Positions 48,601 through 61,699 of a DNA stretch of 64,000 bases are shown here, one piece after another; positions within the stretch are counted from its first letter, which is position 1, and each line of letters opens with the position of its first letter. The stretch is from Squalus acanthias (lineage: Eukaryota), in assembly GCA_030390025.1 (NCBI GenBank), contig CM059431.1:121460001-121524000 (forward strand). The letters are read 5' to 3'. A program made the position numbers and the translations under genes. A model generated the notes under the pieces. That model was not told where the DNA came from and made no database searches. It was given only the letters and a program-made list of their open reading frames with translations.

Positions 48601-49431
48601 GGGGGAATTTTCCCAGCCCTGAGGAGGCGGGTTTGGAGGCGGAACAAGGGAAAATGGCAGAAACTGGGAGCGGGTACTGACCCCGCTCCCAACCCGCCTC
48701 CGTGCCATCTTCCCGGGAAGCGGGTCCCCGAGTCGAGCAGGGACCCGTCTCCTCGAGGCGGGAAGGGGATTACAGCCAATTAACTGCCTGTTAACAGGCA
48801 GCTAAGAGGCTTATCCCCATTTAGCCACCGCAAGTGCGGGCTTCCCGACGGCTGCGAACCTCGCCAGGGTCAGCGAGGCGAGCAGTGGGTCTGCGGGGGT
48901 GAGAGGGGTCGAAAAGTCCACTGTGGAGGTGAGTGATGGGTGCAAGTGTGGAGAGGTAAGCATGAGAGGTGAGTTTAAAGTGTTAGAAAATGTATACTTA
49001 CCTTTGCTTCTTCCTGCAGGCTTCAACCCTTGGGGATCCGGAGGTGCCTCATCTCAACAGCAGAGATGACAGAATGGCTGCTGCATTCTCCGATGCAACA
49101 GCCATCTGATTTCTGCTGAGGAAAGAGGTTTTGGTGTGTCTTTGTGCAAGGACTCACCATAGAACAGAGATTGTCAGTGTTTGACAGCTTCTCTAAGTTG
49201 TCAAAAGCTGACAATTTATCTGACAAAAAATTTTGACAGATGAAACCTCATACGCTGACGTCCTCTGTCACCGGCTTTCCCTTAATTGGCCGGCTAAGCC
49301 CGCAGGGTGGGCATAACAAGGTCAATCAAGGGAAAAGAGCATGGGTTGGCCGGACGTCATTGAGGGTGGAACTGAAACCCAACAACCATCAGTCCCGCCC
49401 CCTACGCGCCCCCATTGATAAAATCCAGCCC
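48601..49431 (-). mobile_element. MITE family A copy 5
   Basis: Reverse complement of 366-1204; ends aaaatccagccc; TSD imperfect (ATT/ATG). Confidence 0.82.
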
Positions 49432-49509
49432 ATGGACACAATACTTCAGTTGAGGCCGAACCAATGTTTTATAAAGTTTCATCATAACTTCCTTGCTTTT
49501 GTACTATAT

Positions 49510-50208
49510 GGGCAGAATTTTCTTTGACCCGTGGAAGTGGGTTTGGAGGCATGTGGGGGGTTAAAATTGCGAAAACTGGTGGGCGGACACAAGCCCGCCT
49601 CCATTCCGTCTCCATGCAATTTTCATTAAATCGTGTCTGCTGGTCCCGACTCCGTCCCGCCTCTAAGAGGTGGGATAGGCTGTTAAGGCCCTTAACAAGC
49701 ACTAAATTGCCTTTATAATGCCATTTTGAAAGGCCTTTGTGATTTTAACCCTTTTTCTACGTGAAGCACGCCTGTTCTGAACCACAAATGTGAAACCTGG
49801 CGGGAGCACATTTTGATAGCTGACTATCAGCTGCAGGTCCACTATTACAACGGAGATGATGTAGTAGTAGGAGTAGGAGTAGTAGTAAGAATATTATCTG
49901 GGAGTTGTGGTGGTACAAAAATATCTGGGAGCAGACTTAGGGCTGCTGCTGCTCATTTTGCCTCCAGGTCCTCTCACAGCAAAGGCCAGGCAGTCTTTGC
50001 AGACCTTCAATGCAGCAGCAATGATGACATCATCAGAGGCGACTTTCAGACTGAAAACACTAATTGGGTCATGGGTTCCCACATGCTGGAACTCAATTGC
50101 CCAATTAGGTGAAAATCGCATCAATCTCCCACATCCAATTACAGTTGGGTGGATAACACGAAAAGTGGATGACACGACTCAGCCCGCCCCAGTATCAAAA
50201 TCCAGCCC
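49510..50208 (-). mobile_element. MITE family D copy 2
   Basis: TIR GGGCAGAATTTT / AAAATCCAGCCC, TSD TAT; reverse complement of 21297-21989. Confidence 0.85.
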
Positions 50209-51220
50209 TATGCCTCTATTTATAAAGCCCAGGATCCCGTATGCTTTTTTAATCACTTTCTCAACCTGCCCTGCCACCTTCAATGATTTGTGCACATATA
50301 CCCCCAGGTCTCTCTGTTCATGCACCCTCTTTAGGATTGTACCCTTAAGTTTATATTGCCTCTCCTCGTTCTTCCTACCAAATTGTATCACTTCGCACTT
50401 TTCTGCGTTAAATTTCTTCTGCCACGTGTCCGCCCATTTCACCAGCCTGTCTATGTCTTCTTGAAGTCTATCACTCTCCTCCTCACTGTTCACTATACTT
50501 CCAAGTTTTGTGTCAGCTGCAAATTTTGAAATTGTGCCCTGTACACCCAAGTCCAAGTCATTATTATATATCAAGAAAGTGGTCCTGGTACCGATCCCTG
50601 GGGAACCCCACTGTGTACCTTCCTCCAAAAAACAACCGTTCACCACTATTCTCTGTTTCCTGTCACTTAGCCAATTTCGTATCCATGCTGCCACACTGTC
50701 CCTTTTATTCCATGAGCTTCAACTTTGCTGGCAAGCCTATTATGTGGCATTTTATCAAACGCCTTTTGTAAGTCCATGTACACCATGTCAACCACAATGC
50801 CCTCATCAACCCTAACTGTTACCTCATCAAAAAACTCGATCAAGTTAGTTGGACATGATTTGCCTTTAACAAGTCCGTGCTGGCTTCCCTTAATTAATCC
50901 ACACTTATCCAAGTGATTGTTAATTTTGTCCCTGATTATCGTTTCAAAAGTTTCCCCACTACCGAAGTTAAACTTACTGGCTTGTATTTGCTGGGTTTAT
51001 CCTTACACCCTTTTTTGAACAAGTGTGTAACATTTGCAATTCTCCAGTCCTCTGGCACCGCTCCTATACTAAGGTGTGTTGCAAGATTATGGCCAGTTCC
51101 TCTGCAATTTCCACCTTAACCTCCCTCAGCATCCTAGGATGCATCCCTCATGACTTATTTACTTTAAGTACAGCCAGCCTTTCTAGTACCTCTTCCTGAT
51201 CAATTTTTATCCGTTCCAGT

Positions 51221-54101
51221 GGCCGAGATTTTGCTATCCTCGGCGGGTCCGGTACGGCTGGTGTCGGTGGCAGGTCACGGCCCCGCTGCTGGCTCCGTCC
51301 CGCTGCCTTAAATGAACTTACCTCAATGGGGCTTGTTAAGCCTGCCCAGCACCTTACTCGGCCCAATTAGATGGTGCAGATCTGCTGAATTCATTCATGA
51401 CACATCTTGAGCCGGTTTCCTTAAAGAGACTATGGCTACCTTACTTTTGATGTTTGTGCTTTCAGTGTTCTACAGCATTGAGGTGCTACAAACACTGACA
51501 ATCACTGCATAGAGGTGCAGGCCTGCACCCAGTGTAAGGGGTTCTGCGTGTGTCGTGCTTGTATCGCAGACGGTGCTGGTGCGAGGTTAGGCCTTCGTTG
51601 CCTAATACTATTGCTTGCTCTGGTCTCCGGCCAGCCTTTTTGCAATAAGCACCTGTGAGTGGTTCGACCCACTCGCCCTTACGGTTCTAACACTGGACTT
51701 AGGTGCGAGAGCAGTAATGCAGAGAAATACTCAAATAGACCTGGTTGAATAGTACGAAATGGAAATCTTTATTGCATAGTGTCTAAAATCATGAAGTACA
51801 TGTCATAGGCACAAATTAACGATAGTACAAGTATACATACATTCATAAAGCTTGGTCTATGGTAATGAAGAACGTACGGCACATCGTAAAAAGGGGAACA
51901 CATTATACTTTATCCTTAATAAAACCACCCTCCCCTATCAATACCTACACAACATCTAGATTTGTAGGATCGGGAAAAATGCTCACCACTCGTGATACTT
52001 CGGAGAATTTTAAAATGAGGCACTCGGCTCGTTTCGCTGCAGCGCCTGACTGTCACGTGTTTGAAGGGGTCTCTGTACCCCACTTGTTTACTTTCGCTGC
52101 TGCTGCAAGCAGGCTGGGCTCCCCGTTGTCATGAGAACTCGACAGTGCTCGGGCCCGGCTGTAGAACTCAAAGAAAAGTCTTCCTGGACCGACACCAGTT
52201 ACCGGTAGAATTCAAAGAAGAGTCTTCTTGTATCGACACCGGTTGTCGATAGAATTCGAAGAAGAGTCTTTCACTGGTTCGTGCAGCAACCTATAGAGTT
52301 CAAAATGGTCTATATATTTTCGGGCACAGTCGGGGTTTACTGACCGCGGCGGCACGTGGACTCTTCTTCTCTTCTCATCTTGTCTTGTCTTTTCGGGCCT
52401 TCGGGTCCAGAACACCGTTTACCGACACTCGGGATGGTGCACCCGGTTACGCGCCCTCCGTCGAGGTGGCTCGTCCCGATTGAGCTCCACCCAACATTAG
52501 TCGACAGAGTCCAGAGAAAACACAGAAGGCTGCTCGTCCAGCAGAGCGATACCCGAGGATAATGATAGGAGAGATAAGAGGGCGATGGACATTTGTTCAC
52601 TATAGTTATAGTGCTGTGTTTTCTTATCTCCCGCCCAAATCTTAATGTTTGTCCTTTGTAAAATATTGGCGCTCAAAACTGCCAGCATGGGGTGATTCTT
52701 GTCTTTAACGGGTTTCGGTAGCACCTGAGACTGGCCAACTACCCGTTAATGTTTTCCCCATTGTCGAACCGGCTAGGAGCCTCCCTGGCTGGGTTTTGGG
52801 GGCCCCCGAATACTTGTTTAATCACCCGAGAATGGCTCTCTCATTGTAGAGCCGTGGGGGTATTTGCGTATTGATGTGTCTGGATGGGCCTTCGATTGCC
52901 CAGTACAATGGTCCTTACTTGTGCATGGAAAACGATTCCAGCACTCATATCTTTTGTTATTGTCACAAATGCAAACAGGTTGCATCCTGTCTTTATCAGT
53001 GCTTATCAAAAATGTTTATTCAAACGCCATCTTGTCTGCCCACTGTACTTCTGGAAACTTCTGCCACGATGCGCGGCGGCCATTTTACAGGCTTCTGTGT
53101 CCTGTTTAATCATGACAGCATTTTGTTTAAATAAACTGCTCAAACGAATCTGCTTCTATCTCGTTTTTTCGAATCGCGATAATTGCAAATTTTACACCAG
53201 GTTCTCCCATGACTCCCTCCATATGCTTATGGAGGAAGTCAGGGCACACAGGGAGGACGTCTTCCCTTCCGATGGGTGGAAGAGACCACCCCAGGAGACC
53301 AAGACAGCATCATGTGGCAGCCAGGTTGTACAGCATCAAGTGAAGTAAATCTGGCTATGGTGAGTTCATCCCTGGCCTCCCGGGCATCAATGTGCTCGGG
53401 TGCTGATGCCCTGTGTCCAGTGCAGCATTGGGTAATTGCGGGGAAGGTTGGTGCTGTTGTTGGTGCTGCTGGTGTGCCTGATGCTGCTGGTGTTGGGGCT
53501 GATCATGGTCAGATTGTGAGGAACAAGGTGAGACAGTGTAAATGGTACCCATGCTGATGGAATAGTTGGCAGGTGAAGTAGAGATCACAGAAGCGAACTG
53601 TCAGTGGTGAGAGAGGTTGTTCCAATGAGGTGTCACTGGATGGAAAGTTTGCTCCAAACACTTGCAGCCTGCATAAAGCTCAATCTGTCTTCCAAATGGA
53701 GTAAGCAACAGCTTCTGCACTTGGAAAGTGAACAACTATGTGTTGGGGGCTTTTATAGTACATTTCAAGCTGTCAACTAATCAGCTGATTGAATGACCAT
53801 GCAACTCCCGCCTCAGGTTAACAGACATGGTCCACGAGCAGCGTGGAGCCCGTGGGCAAGCAGTTAAAGTTAAAAGGTAAGGTTAAAATCATTATTAAGG
53901 GTCTGTCAACAAGCCAATAATTACTTTAATTGGGTCACCCACCTCTGCGGGTCGGGTCCGATCCGAGTACATAGACACGGCATTGGGAAAGGTGCATAAC
54001 AGCAGGATAATAGTGGGTTCCCAACCCACTGTCAAAAAAATCAAATTTCCCACCCGACCATCCACCGATCCCACTCGCTAACCCCCCGAAAAATTCCGGC
54101 C
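51221..54101 (+). mobile_element. Harbinger family C copy 3 (internally deleted), split by a solo LTR
   Basis: TIR GGCCGAGATTTT / AAAATTCCGGCC, TSD AGT/ATT; halves rejoin as gcacccag-gttctcccatgac. Confidence 0.8.
51533..53196 (-). mobile_element. Solo LTR family 1, second complete copy (1664 bp)
   Basis: TGTAAG...TTTACA ends, 4-bp TSD CCAG, colinear with 9461-11177. Confidence 0.87.
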
Positions 54102-55409
54102 ATTATCTCCAGTACCTCCTCTTTCACTGTGACTTTGGCAGCATTTTCTTCCTTGGTGAAGACAGATGCAAAGTATTCATTTAGTACCTCAGCCATGCCC
54201 TCTCCCTCCATGCGTAGGTTTCCTTTTTGGTCCCTAATCAACCCCACCCCTCCTCTTACTACCCATTTACTATTTATATGCTGATAGAAGACTTTTGAAT
54301 TCCCTTCAATTTGATTTCAATTGAAAGGAAAATCGGGCTGGGTGCAACACAGGCGAGCGACCCACTGGTGCCTGTCTCTCGCCTGGTGGGCAAAGTTAAA
54401 ATCAACCCCAAATTTACAGTCCGGTGACTTGAAATTACCTGCAGCATGCAAGGCATAATCTCCCCGACATTATGCTGTAATCATAGTTACATTGGCAGAA
54501 GAGCGGGCTAGAGGCAAATGCAAATGAGGTAATGAATTCTGCTCACCTGCAGTAACTTCTTGTCGCACCATTGCACAGAATTACCAGCAGTTTGCTGCAA
54601 TAAGATTCCTTTTGTAATGATGATACAAATCACGATAATTAAATTTGTCAATAATTTGTTGTAATTACGTGAGAAAAGGCCAAGTGCATCGTTGCAGATT
54701 CAAGGTTATTCCGAGTACCCAATCAGCCATAGTTTAGAAACCTGAAAACTACACGCAATATTTATTTTATTTGTATCCCGAGACTTCCATTTACTTAGAA
54801 TAGCAAAATAGGACTGAGAGAGCCAGGACCAAAAATTATATTGGTTCTGCTCCTTAATGTTGAAACTTACACTGATGGTAAAATGAGTTAATTTTCAGTG
54901 GGCCTCATCCTCAATGCAGCCTTTCATTTATTATGAACCTAAATGGAAAATGTCGATTCTCTATTGGCAGCTGACACTTACCCATCTAAGACTAGCTTCT
55001 TGCTAATATTGATTTATGCGATATAATGACAATAATTTTCTCCCATGACTGTTTCTTGTCCAGTCATGATTGCCACTTTGGTCCAAATGCACAATAATTC
55101 ATTAAACTCATTATAAACCAAACACATAATAAGCCAAATAATTTGGAGGATTTTAATGCATGTGGTTATTTGCAATTTGCTGACAAACATCTATAATATT
55201 TTATTCAACTTGACAGTACAGTTTTCAGGGCATCTCATGTGAAGAATGTGAAAACAAGATTCGCGTATACGGATGCATTTTTCATAGTTCTTGGTTCTTT
55301 ACTGTTATTAATTTAAAGCATTTTACAACTACAATAAAAGGTTAGAACTAGCTACTACCAGTCCTGTATTTTACAAGCAGTATCATGTTTTGTGTTTTGA
55401 TAAAATTTG

Positions 55410-56104
55410 GGCCTATAAATTTGGCCAGGCTGCACCCATATTTTGGGCACTAACCAGCCTACTATGCCCCCAATATGGCGGCTACGAAACACATGAACAT
55501 TTCCTGCTGGAAGTGTGCTGCTCACCATATTGATGAAGAAAGAAAAATGGGCATCCAGGGACCACACATGGAACAGGCATTAGGCCCTTGGCACATGCAA
55601 ATTAGGGGCCACCTCCTGTTTGAGGCCTCCTTTATAAGAATGGTTTGCCCTGAGGCAGCCGGTGACGTCACTGGTTGGACTCGGTAAAATTGGGATCGCC
55701 TGCTATCAAAAAGGTATGTTTTTTAAAATTGACTTTCCTGAACTTGGAGCTGGGTGGAGCAGGAGTGCTCCTCCTGATCCCACATTTAAAGAATGTGGGC
55801 TTCCACTCCCCCCACACCAATCACTGCTGCTCCACATCTCCCCCACCCGATCGCTGCCACCCCCCCCCCCACCCCCTGACCTCTAACCTCCCGACCCCCA
55901 GCTTCTCTTACCTGCGGGCCGCTGAGACCTGATCTTGGGTTGCTCTTTACCAGTTGGCTGTTTGCAACACTTCAGCTCAATTGAAATGTGGCCCGAGGCC
56001 CAATACCAAGGGCACCTTGTGACTCACCATTCAGGCGCAGGGAATGTACCCTGCACCTCCCCCCACATCCTCCCAAGCCCTGGGCAGGCCCGAATTTCTA
56101 TACC
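55410..56104. mobile_element. Degenerate Harbinger-type MITE
   Basis: Ends GGCCTATAAATT / AATTTCTATACC, imperfect TSD TTG/ATG; internal tgacgtca. Confidence 0.5.
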
Positions 56105-56264
56105 ATGAGGCTTACTCCTATCAGACAGTAGCATTTGCTAAATTACTTGGAAAAGAATCTAAGAAATGGAGTCAGTAAATAAAAGCCATTGAAAACAAGG
56201 AATGATATTGAATGGGAAAGTTACACCAATTAACAAGCATGAGTAAAGAAATATACAGACAATA

Positions 56265-56860
56265 ATAGGAATATAGGAATAGAAGTAGGCCACTCATCAC
56301 CTCCAGATTTATACTGCCCTCTGTGTGAAGAACTGCTTCCTGATTTCACGTCTGAATGGCCTAGCTCTAATTTTAAGATTATGGTCCCTTGTTCTGGATT
56401 CCCCCACCAGAAGCAATAGTTTCTCTGTTTCTACCCTATCAAATCCTTTTATCATTTTAAACACCTCGGTTAGATCACCCTTCAATCTTCTATACTTAAT
56501 GAAATACAAGCCAGGTTTATGTAACTTGTCCTCATGATTTAGCCCTTTAAGTCTCTATATCATTCTGGTGAATCTGCACTGTACCCCCTCCAAAGCCAAT
56601 ATATTCTTCCTAAGTCCCAGTGCCCACCACTGAACGCAATACTCCAGATGGGGTCTGACCAAGGCTTTGTACAACTGAAGCATGACTTCCTCCCCTTTGT
56701 ATCCCAGCCTCCTTGAAATAAAGGCCAACATTCCATTAGCCTTTTTGATTGCTTTTTTTACCTGTCCACTAGCTTTTAGTGATTTGTGTACATGGACACG
56801 CAAATCTCTTTGCTCCACCACAGTTCCTCGTTTCTCACCATTTAGAAAATAAATTGATCC
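56265..56860 (-). mobile_element. CR1 3' fragment
   Basis: KKANGMLAFI, LVRPHLEYCVQWW, RRLKGDLTEVFK, SRTRDHNL. Confidence 0.85.
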
Positions 56861-58183
56861 TGAGAGAATTAATGGAATATATGAGTATAAGGTTTTAGTG
56901 TCAGATTGAAAATAAATACAGAGAAGAATTATACTTGCCGCTGAAAATTTTGTTTATGAGACGGCTGAAATTTGGAAGAATAGAATTGCAGCAATAAAAA
57001 CTCTAATGGAAATAAGGGAGCAAGACAATAGTTTAATCCTTTAAGTAGTATAAAAATGCTTTACTGCTTATTTATGTGGGGATATGCGACACAGGCTCTC
57101 TATGCAACTGCACAAGAATTTTTTTTAAAAACTGTGATAAATACTTGAATTTATTCTAAACAATATGATTACCTAGCAGTCACTACACTCCAAAGTCATT
57201 CATTATATGTGCAACACTTTGAAATCTTTCTGAGTTACTACCTGGCTGTTAAAAGTGAATACTCCAATTCATGCCAGCAATAAATTAAACCTTCCAAAGT
57301 CCGTTCAGTTGAAATTATTTAGACTTACGATTGTAATAAATGGAAATGATGCAGATGGTCTATAGAAATAAACATGCCTTGCAATGTTCTGGCAGGCAGG
57401 AAAGTAACAATTAAAGGAAAGACACAACACACAAACCTTTCACTGAAACTGAACTGTTCTAGTATAGCAATGTGCTGAACTGAACGATCCATTTTGTAGA
57501 AGCAAAACTCAGGGTTGGTAAAATACTGAAAACCTTGATGCTACCAAAGTTTTTCTTTCAAAATATGAAATTCACAAACTTCTCAAAGTGCTTCACCTAC
57601 AATGACTTACTTTAGAGTGCAGTGTGCAGAAAACACATATGCCTGGAACTCCCACACGGGTTCTTCCGATGGAACTTCGGTGAGAATCTCAGAGAAACAT
57701 TGTGAACAGCTGTTGATGCTGTTTCTCCAGGGTTCTGTTGGGAGATTGGGGAACCCCTGTGGAAATTCTACCTGATTAATGATGTAAAACATATAGCTAG
57801 ATGTCTTTCATCTGTTCCAGTACATGATCATGGAATAATATCACTGGAGTCTCATCTTCTTTACCACAAGTGATTGTCTACTCCCTGCATCCTCTTCAGT
57901 GAGGATGTTGCTGCTGGATGATGGTTTGGAGGTTTCTAATACCTGAATATAACTGACTTACTTAAATTAAGTAGAGTCATCTTCTTGTAGTTGGGTAAAT
58001 TAATGTTTTTTGGTTCATTAACAACCCATAACGTAAACTATATAGGAATATGCAGAGTGGTATTAAAATTGTTACTTGCACTTTTGGTTGCTTTTGAAGA
58101 GATATATTACTTCAGTTTAAAAAAAATTGAGTGCACAATTAATAGATTTATTTATTACCCTCCATTATTCTGGGAGACGTACA

Positions 58184-58435
58184 GGGGCAATTTTAACCCT
58201 ATTTGTTCAGCAGAAACCTGGCGGGTTCCCTGGCTCTTACCTGTCCGAAAGCCACCATGATTGCAACATCTGCAATTTTAACCTCCTCTCCTGAGCAGGC
58301 AGCAAGGACACTCGCCCAGAGCCAACAGGGTCCTTCTTTACATATGCATGTTGCGGACCAATGACATCATTGAGACCCGACTGTAATTTTAACTCAGGCC
58401 CGAGCGGGAAATCCACCTGGAGTTAAAATCGGGGC
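58184..58435. mobile_element. Short Harbinger-type MITE (~250 bp)
   Basis: Ends GGGGCAATTTTAAC / GTTAAAATCGGGGC. Confidence 0.5.
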
Positions 58436-59832
58436 TGTTCCGAGAGCAACTGTGTTAATGGTCAGTGCAATATGTATTTATATTTAAAAAGCCCCTTCCT
58501 CCAAGCTTTAATGGAATGTAGGACATAGTCAAAATAACCTAAATAATAATAGACCAGCTTGATTCCTATGACAATATTTTGCATTCTATTAAAGCCTAGA
58601 GAAAGACTCATTTTGAACATAAACACAAATTACATATTGTAACAAATGGTTACATCATCAGCCTCAAAACACATCACTCACTGACAGAAAAATGTTTGAT
58701 AAGTGCACATGAAATTGGGTTCAAAATTTGTATCATATGGTTCAAAAACACAGCTTTCTTGCTGCATTTTCAGTTAGAACTTAATCAGCATAGGCACAAA
58801 AGCTTCTACCTCATTCGTCTGAATGTCAGCTTATTTTTGCCTGGTGACGTACGATTTGAATTGCATTGACTTGACATTGGATTTATTTTACTGCTTATTA
58901 CAAGGATATAACATTCTGTATAAATGAATGGACTCATTAAAATGGTTGTACTTAATACGTTTGTTTTAGACTAGCATGCGCATAAGTGGCAGTCAAAAAC
59001 TATATTCTAATAAGAATATACGCATGCCTCGGTAATGCAGTTGACAATTGACACATTTTACTCCCAACTGCAGCAGCAAGCCTCAAATGGGAGGATGTTC
59101 AGGGCTATAAACCCATCACTATCTGGCTTGTTGGGAGATACTGCCATCTGTGCTGTTGTATTATTTTCAGTGAACTTACTGAGGCATATGTAATCCCTCA
59201 TTGGAGTATAGTTTGACACTTGAAATTTTCTATTAATGCCCACAGATTTAATGTGTGACATGCCCTATGCAAGATTTTTATTAAATTATAATAGATAAAT
59301 AGGTAGATAATCCTGAGACCAAGGCTAAATCTATTTTGAATGCTCACTGTTATATCCTTACACTTGTTTGTGCTCAACACAGCTTTGCAGCAGAGCTGTT
59401 TCTCTGTATGCAATACATATTCTGCATCATTATCTTGGAACACACTGTGGCATCTGGGGAATGTGAAAGTGAACAAAGTTAGAATTTAGACAATTTTTTT
59501 TTGCCAGATTTAATATTTAGAGATAAGAGCATTGAAACTGGGCCATGTAGCACTCATTTTTCAGATGTTAAATGGCCATCTAAGGCCCCGAAATGGCTGG
59601 CAGAAAGTGCGCAGCCTGCCATTTTGGTAGAAGAGGTAACGCTCGCGTAGGAAGCACATGCCGGCTGGATTTAAAACACAAAAAAACAATTATGCAGGTG
59701 AGGGTCCTGCTCGGTGTGCAGGACCTGTTCATCATTTTGGACCGCATCAGCGATCCGGCCACCTCGTGCTGACCTCGCTCAGCGCCACATGACACATGAA
59801 GGTCCCTCATCAGTGATATTTAAAGGGATCAT

Positions 59833-61466
59833 TATCACTAGAGAAAAAGTACTAGGCAAACTTATGGGACTAAAGGTGGACAAGTCCCCTGGACCTGATG
59901 GCCTGCATCCTAGGGTTTTAAATGAAGTGGCTGCAGAGATACTGGATGCGTTGGTTGTAAACTATCAAAATTCCCTGGATTCTGGAGAGGTCCCAGTGGA
60001 TTGGAAAACTGCAAATGTAACTCCCCTATTCAAGAAAGGAGGGAGACAGAAAGCAGGAAACGATAGGTCAGTTAGCCTAACATCTGTCATTGGGAAAATG
60101 CTGGAATCCATTATTAAGGAAGTAATAGTGGGACATTTAGAAAATCATAATACAGTCAAGCAGAGTCAACATGGTTTTATGAAAGGGAAATCATGTTTGA
60201 CAAATTTACTAGAGTGCTTTGAGGATGTAATGAGCAGGGTGGATAAAGGGGAACTAGTAGATGTAGTGTATTTGGATTTCCAGAAGGCATTCGATAAGGT
60301 GCCGCATAAAAGGTTACTGCACAAGATAAGAGCTCATGGTGTTAGAGGTAATATATTAAATTGGATAGAGGATTGGCTAACAGAAAACAGAGAGTCAGAA
60401 TAAATGGGTCATTTTCAGGTTGGCAAACTGTAACTATTGGGGTGCCACAGGGATCAGTGCTGTGATCTCAACTATTTACCATCTATATTAATGAATTGGA
60501 TGAAGGGACCATGTGTACTGTAGCCAAATTTGCTGACGATACAAAGATAGGTGGGAAAGCAAGTTGTGAGGAGTACACAAAACGTCTGCAAAGGGATATA
60601 GATAGGTTAAGTGAGTGGGCAAAAATTTGGCAGATGGAGTATAATGTGATAAAATGTGAGGTTATCCACTTTGGTAGGAAGAATAAAAAGGCAAAATATT
60701 ATTTAAATGGAGAGAGACTACAGAATGCTGCGGTACAGAGGGATCTGGGTGTCCTCGTACATGAAATACAAAAAGTTAGCATGCAGGTACAGCAAGTAAT
60801 TAGGAAGGCAAATGGAATATTGGCCTTTATTGCAAGGGGGATGGAATATAAAAGTAGGGAAGTCTTGTTACAACTGTACAAGGTGTTGGTGAGACCACAC
60901 CTGGAGTACTGCATACAGTTTTGGTCTCCTCATTTAAGGAAGGATATACTTGCATTGGAGGCAGTCAGAGAAGCTTCACTAGGTTGATTCCTGGGATGAA
61001 GGGGTTGTCTTATGAGGAAAGGTTGAGCAGGTTGGGCCTATACTCATTGGAGTTTAGAAGAATGAGAGGGGATCTTATTGAAACATATAAGATTCTGAGG
61101 GGGCCTAACAGGGTAGATGCAGGGAGGATGTTTCCCCTCATGGGGAAATCTAGAACTAGGGGGCATAGTTTCAGGATAAGGGGTCGCCCATTTAAAACGG
61201 AGATGAGGAGGAATTTCTTCTCTCAGAGGGTTGTGAATCTTTGGAATTCTCTACCCCAGAGAGCTGTGGAGGCTGGGTCATTGAATATATTCAAGGCGGA
61301 GATAGACAGATATTTGAAAAACAGGGGACTCAAGGGTTATGGGGATCGGGCAAGAAAGTGGAGTTGAGGGCAACATCTGATCAGCCATGATCATATTGAA
61401 TGGCGGAGCAGGCTCGAGGGGCCAACTGGCCTACTCCTGCTCCTATTTCATATGTTCTTATGTTCT
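59833..61466 (+). mobile_element. 5'-truncated CR1 LINE with 5-bp TSD ATCAT
   Basis: RT motifs across ORFs 59714, 60496, 60921; tail (tatgttct)n; ATCAT at 59828-59832 and 61467-61471. Confidence 0.93.
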
Positions 61467-61699
61467 ATCATGCAGTACTTACAAATTAGTTGCTGGTTTA
61501 GTATTTCTGGCTATTGTTTGACTTTTGGGCATTTTCTGCTTAGTTGCAACACTCTTCAGAGTTCTCTTTGTCTACACGGAGAGAGGTTTCACTGCTTTTG
61601 GACTGCTGTTGTTGTTTGCTTAACATATAGTCTGGCTCCAAACTCGTGTGGTCTGGTAGGGCTGCCTTGAGAAATAAAACATGATTAGGAGCAGTAAAG

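Larger units (their letters stand above)
48068..54305 (-). mobile_element. Old CR1 LINE fragment hosting three DNA-transposon insertions
   Basis: CR1 pieces 48068-48600, 49432-49509, 50209-51220 and 54102-54305 are colinear once the inserts are removed; tail (attctatg)n. Confidence 0.88.

Noticed and set aside
57611..57943. Minus-strand exon-like segments with cag acceptors and a gtaagt donor
   Set aside because: Short frames with no recognisable homology; cannot be linked into a gene
59347..59455. Minus-strand open exon candidate (CHSVFQDNDAEY...KDIT|gtgagc)
   Set aside because: Plausible splice signals but no recognisable protein and no supported partner exons
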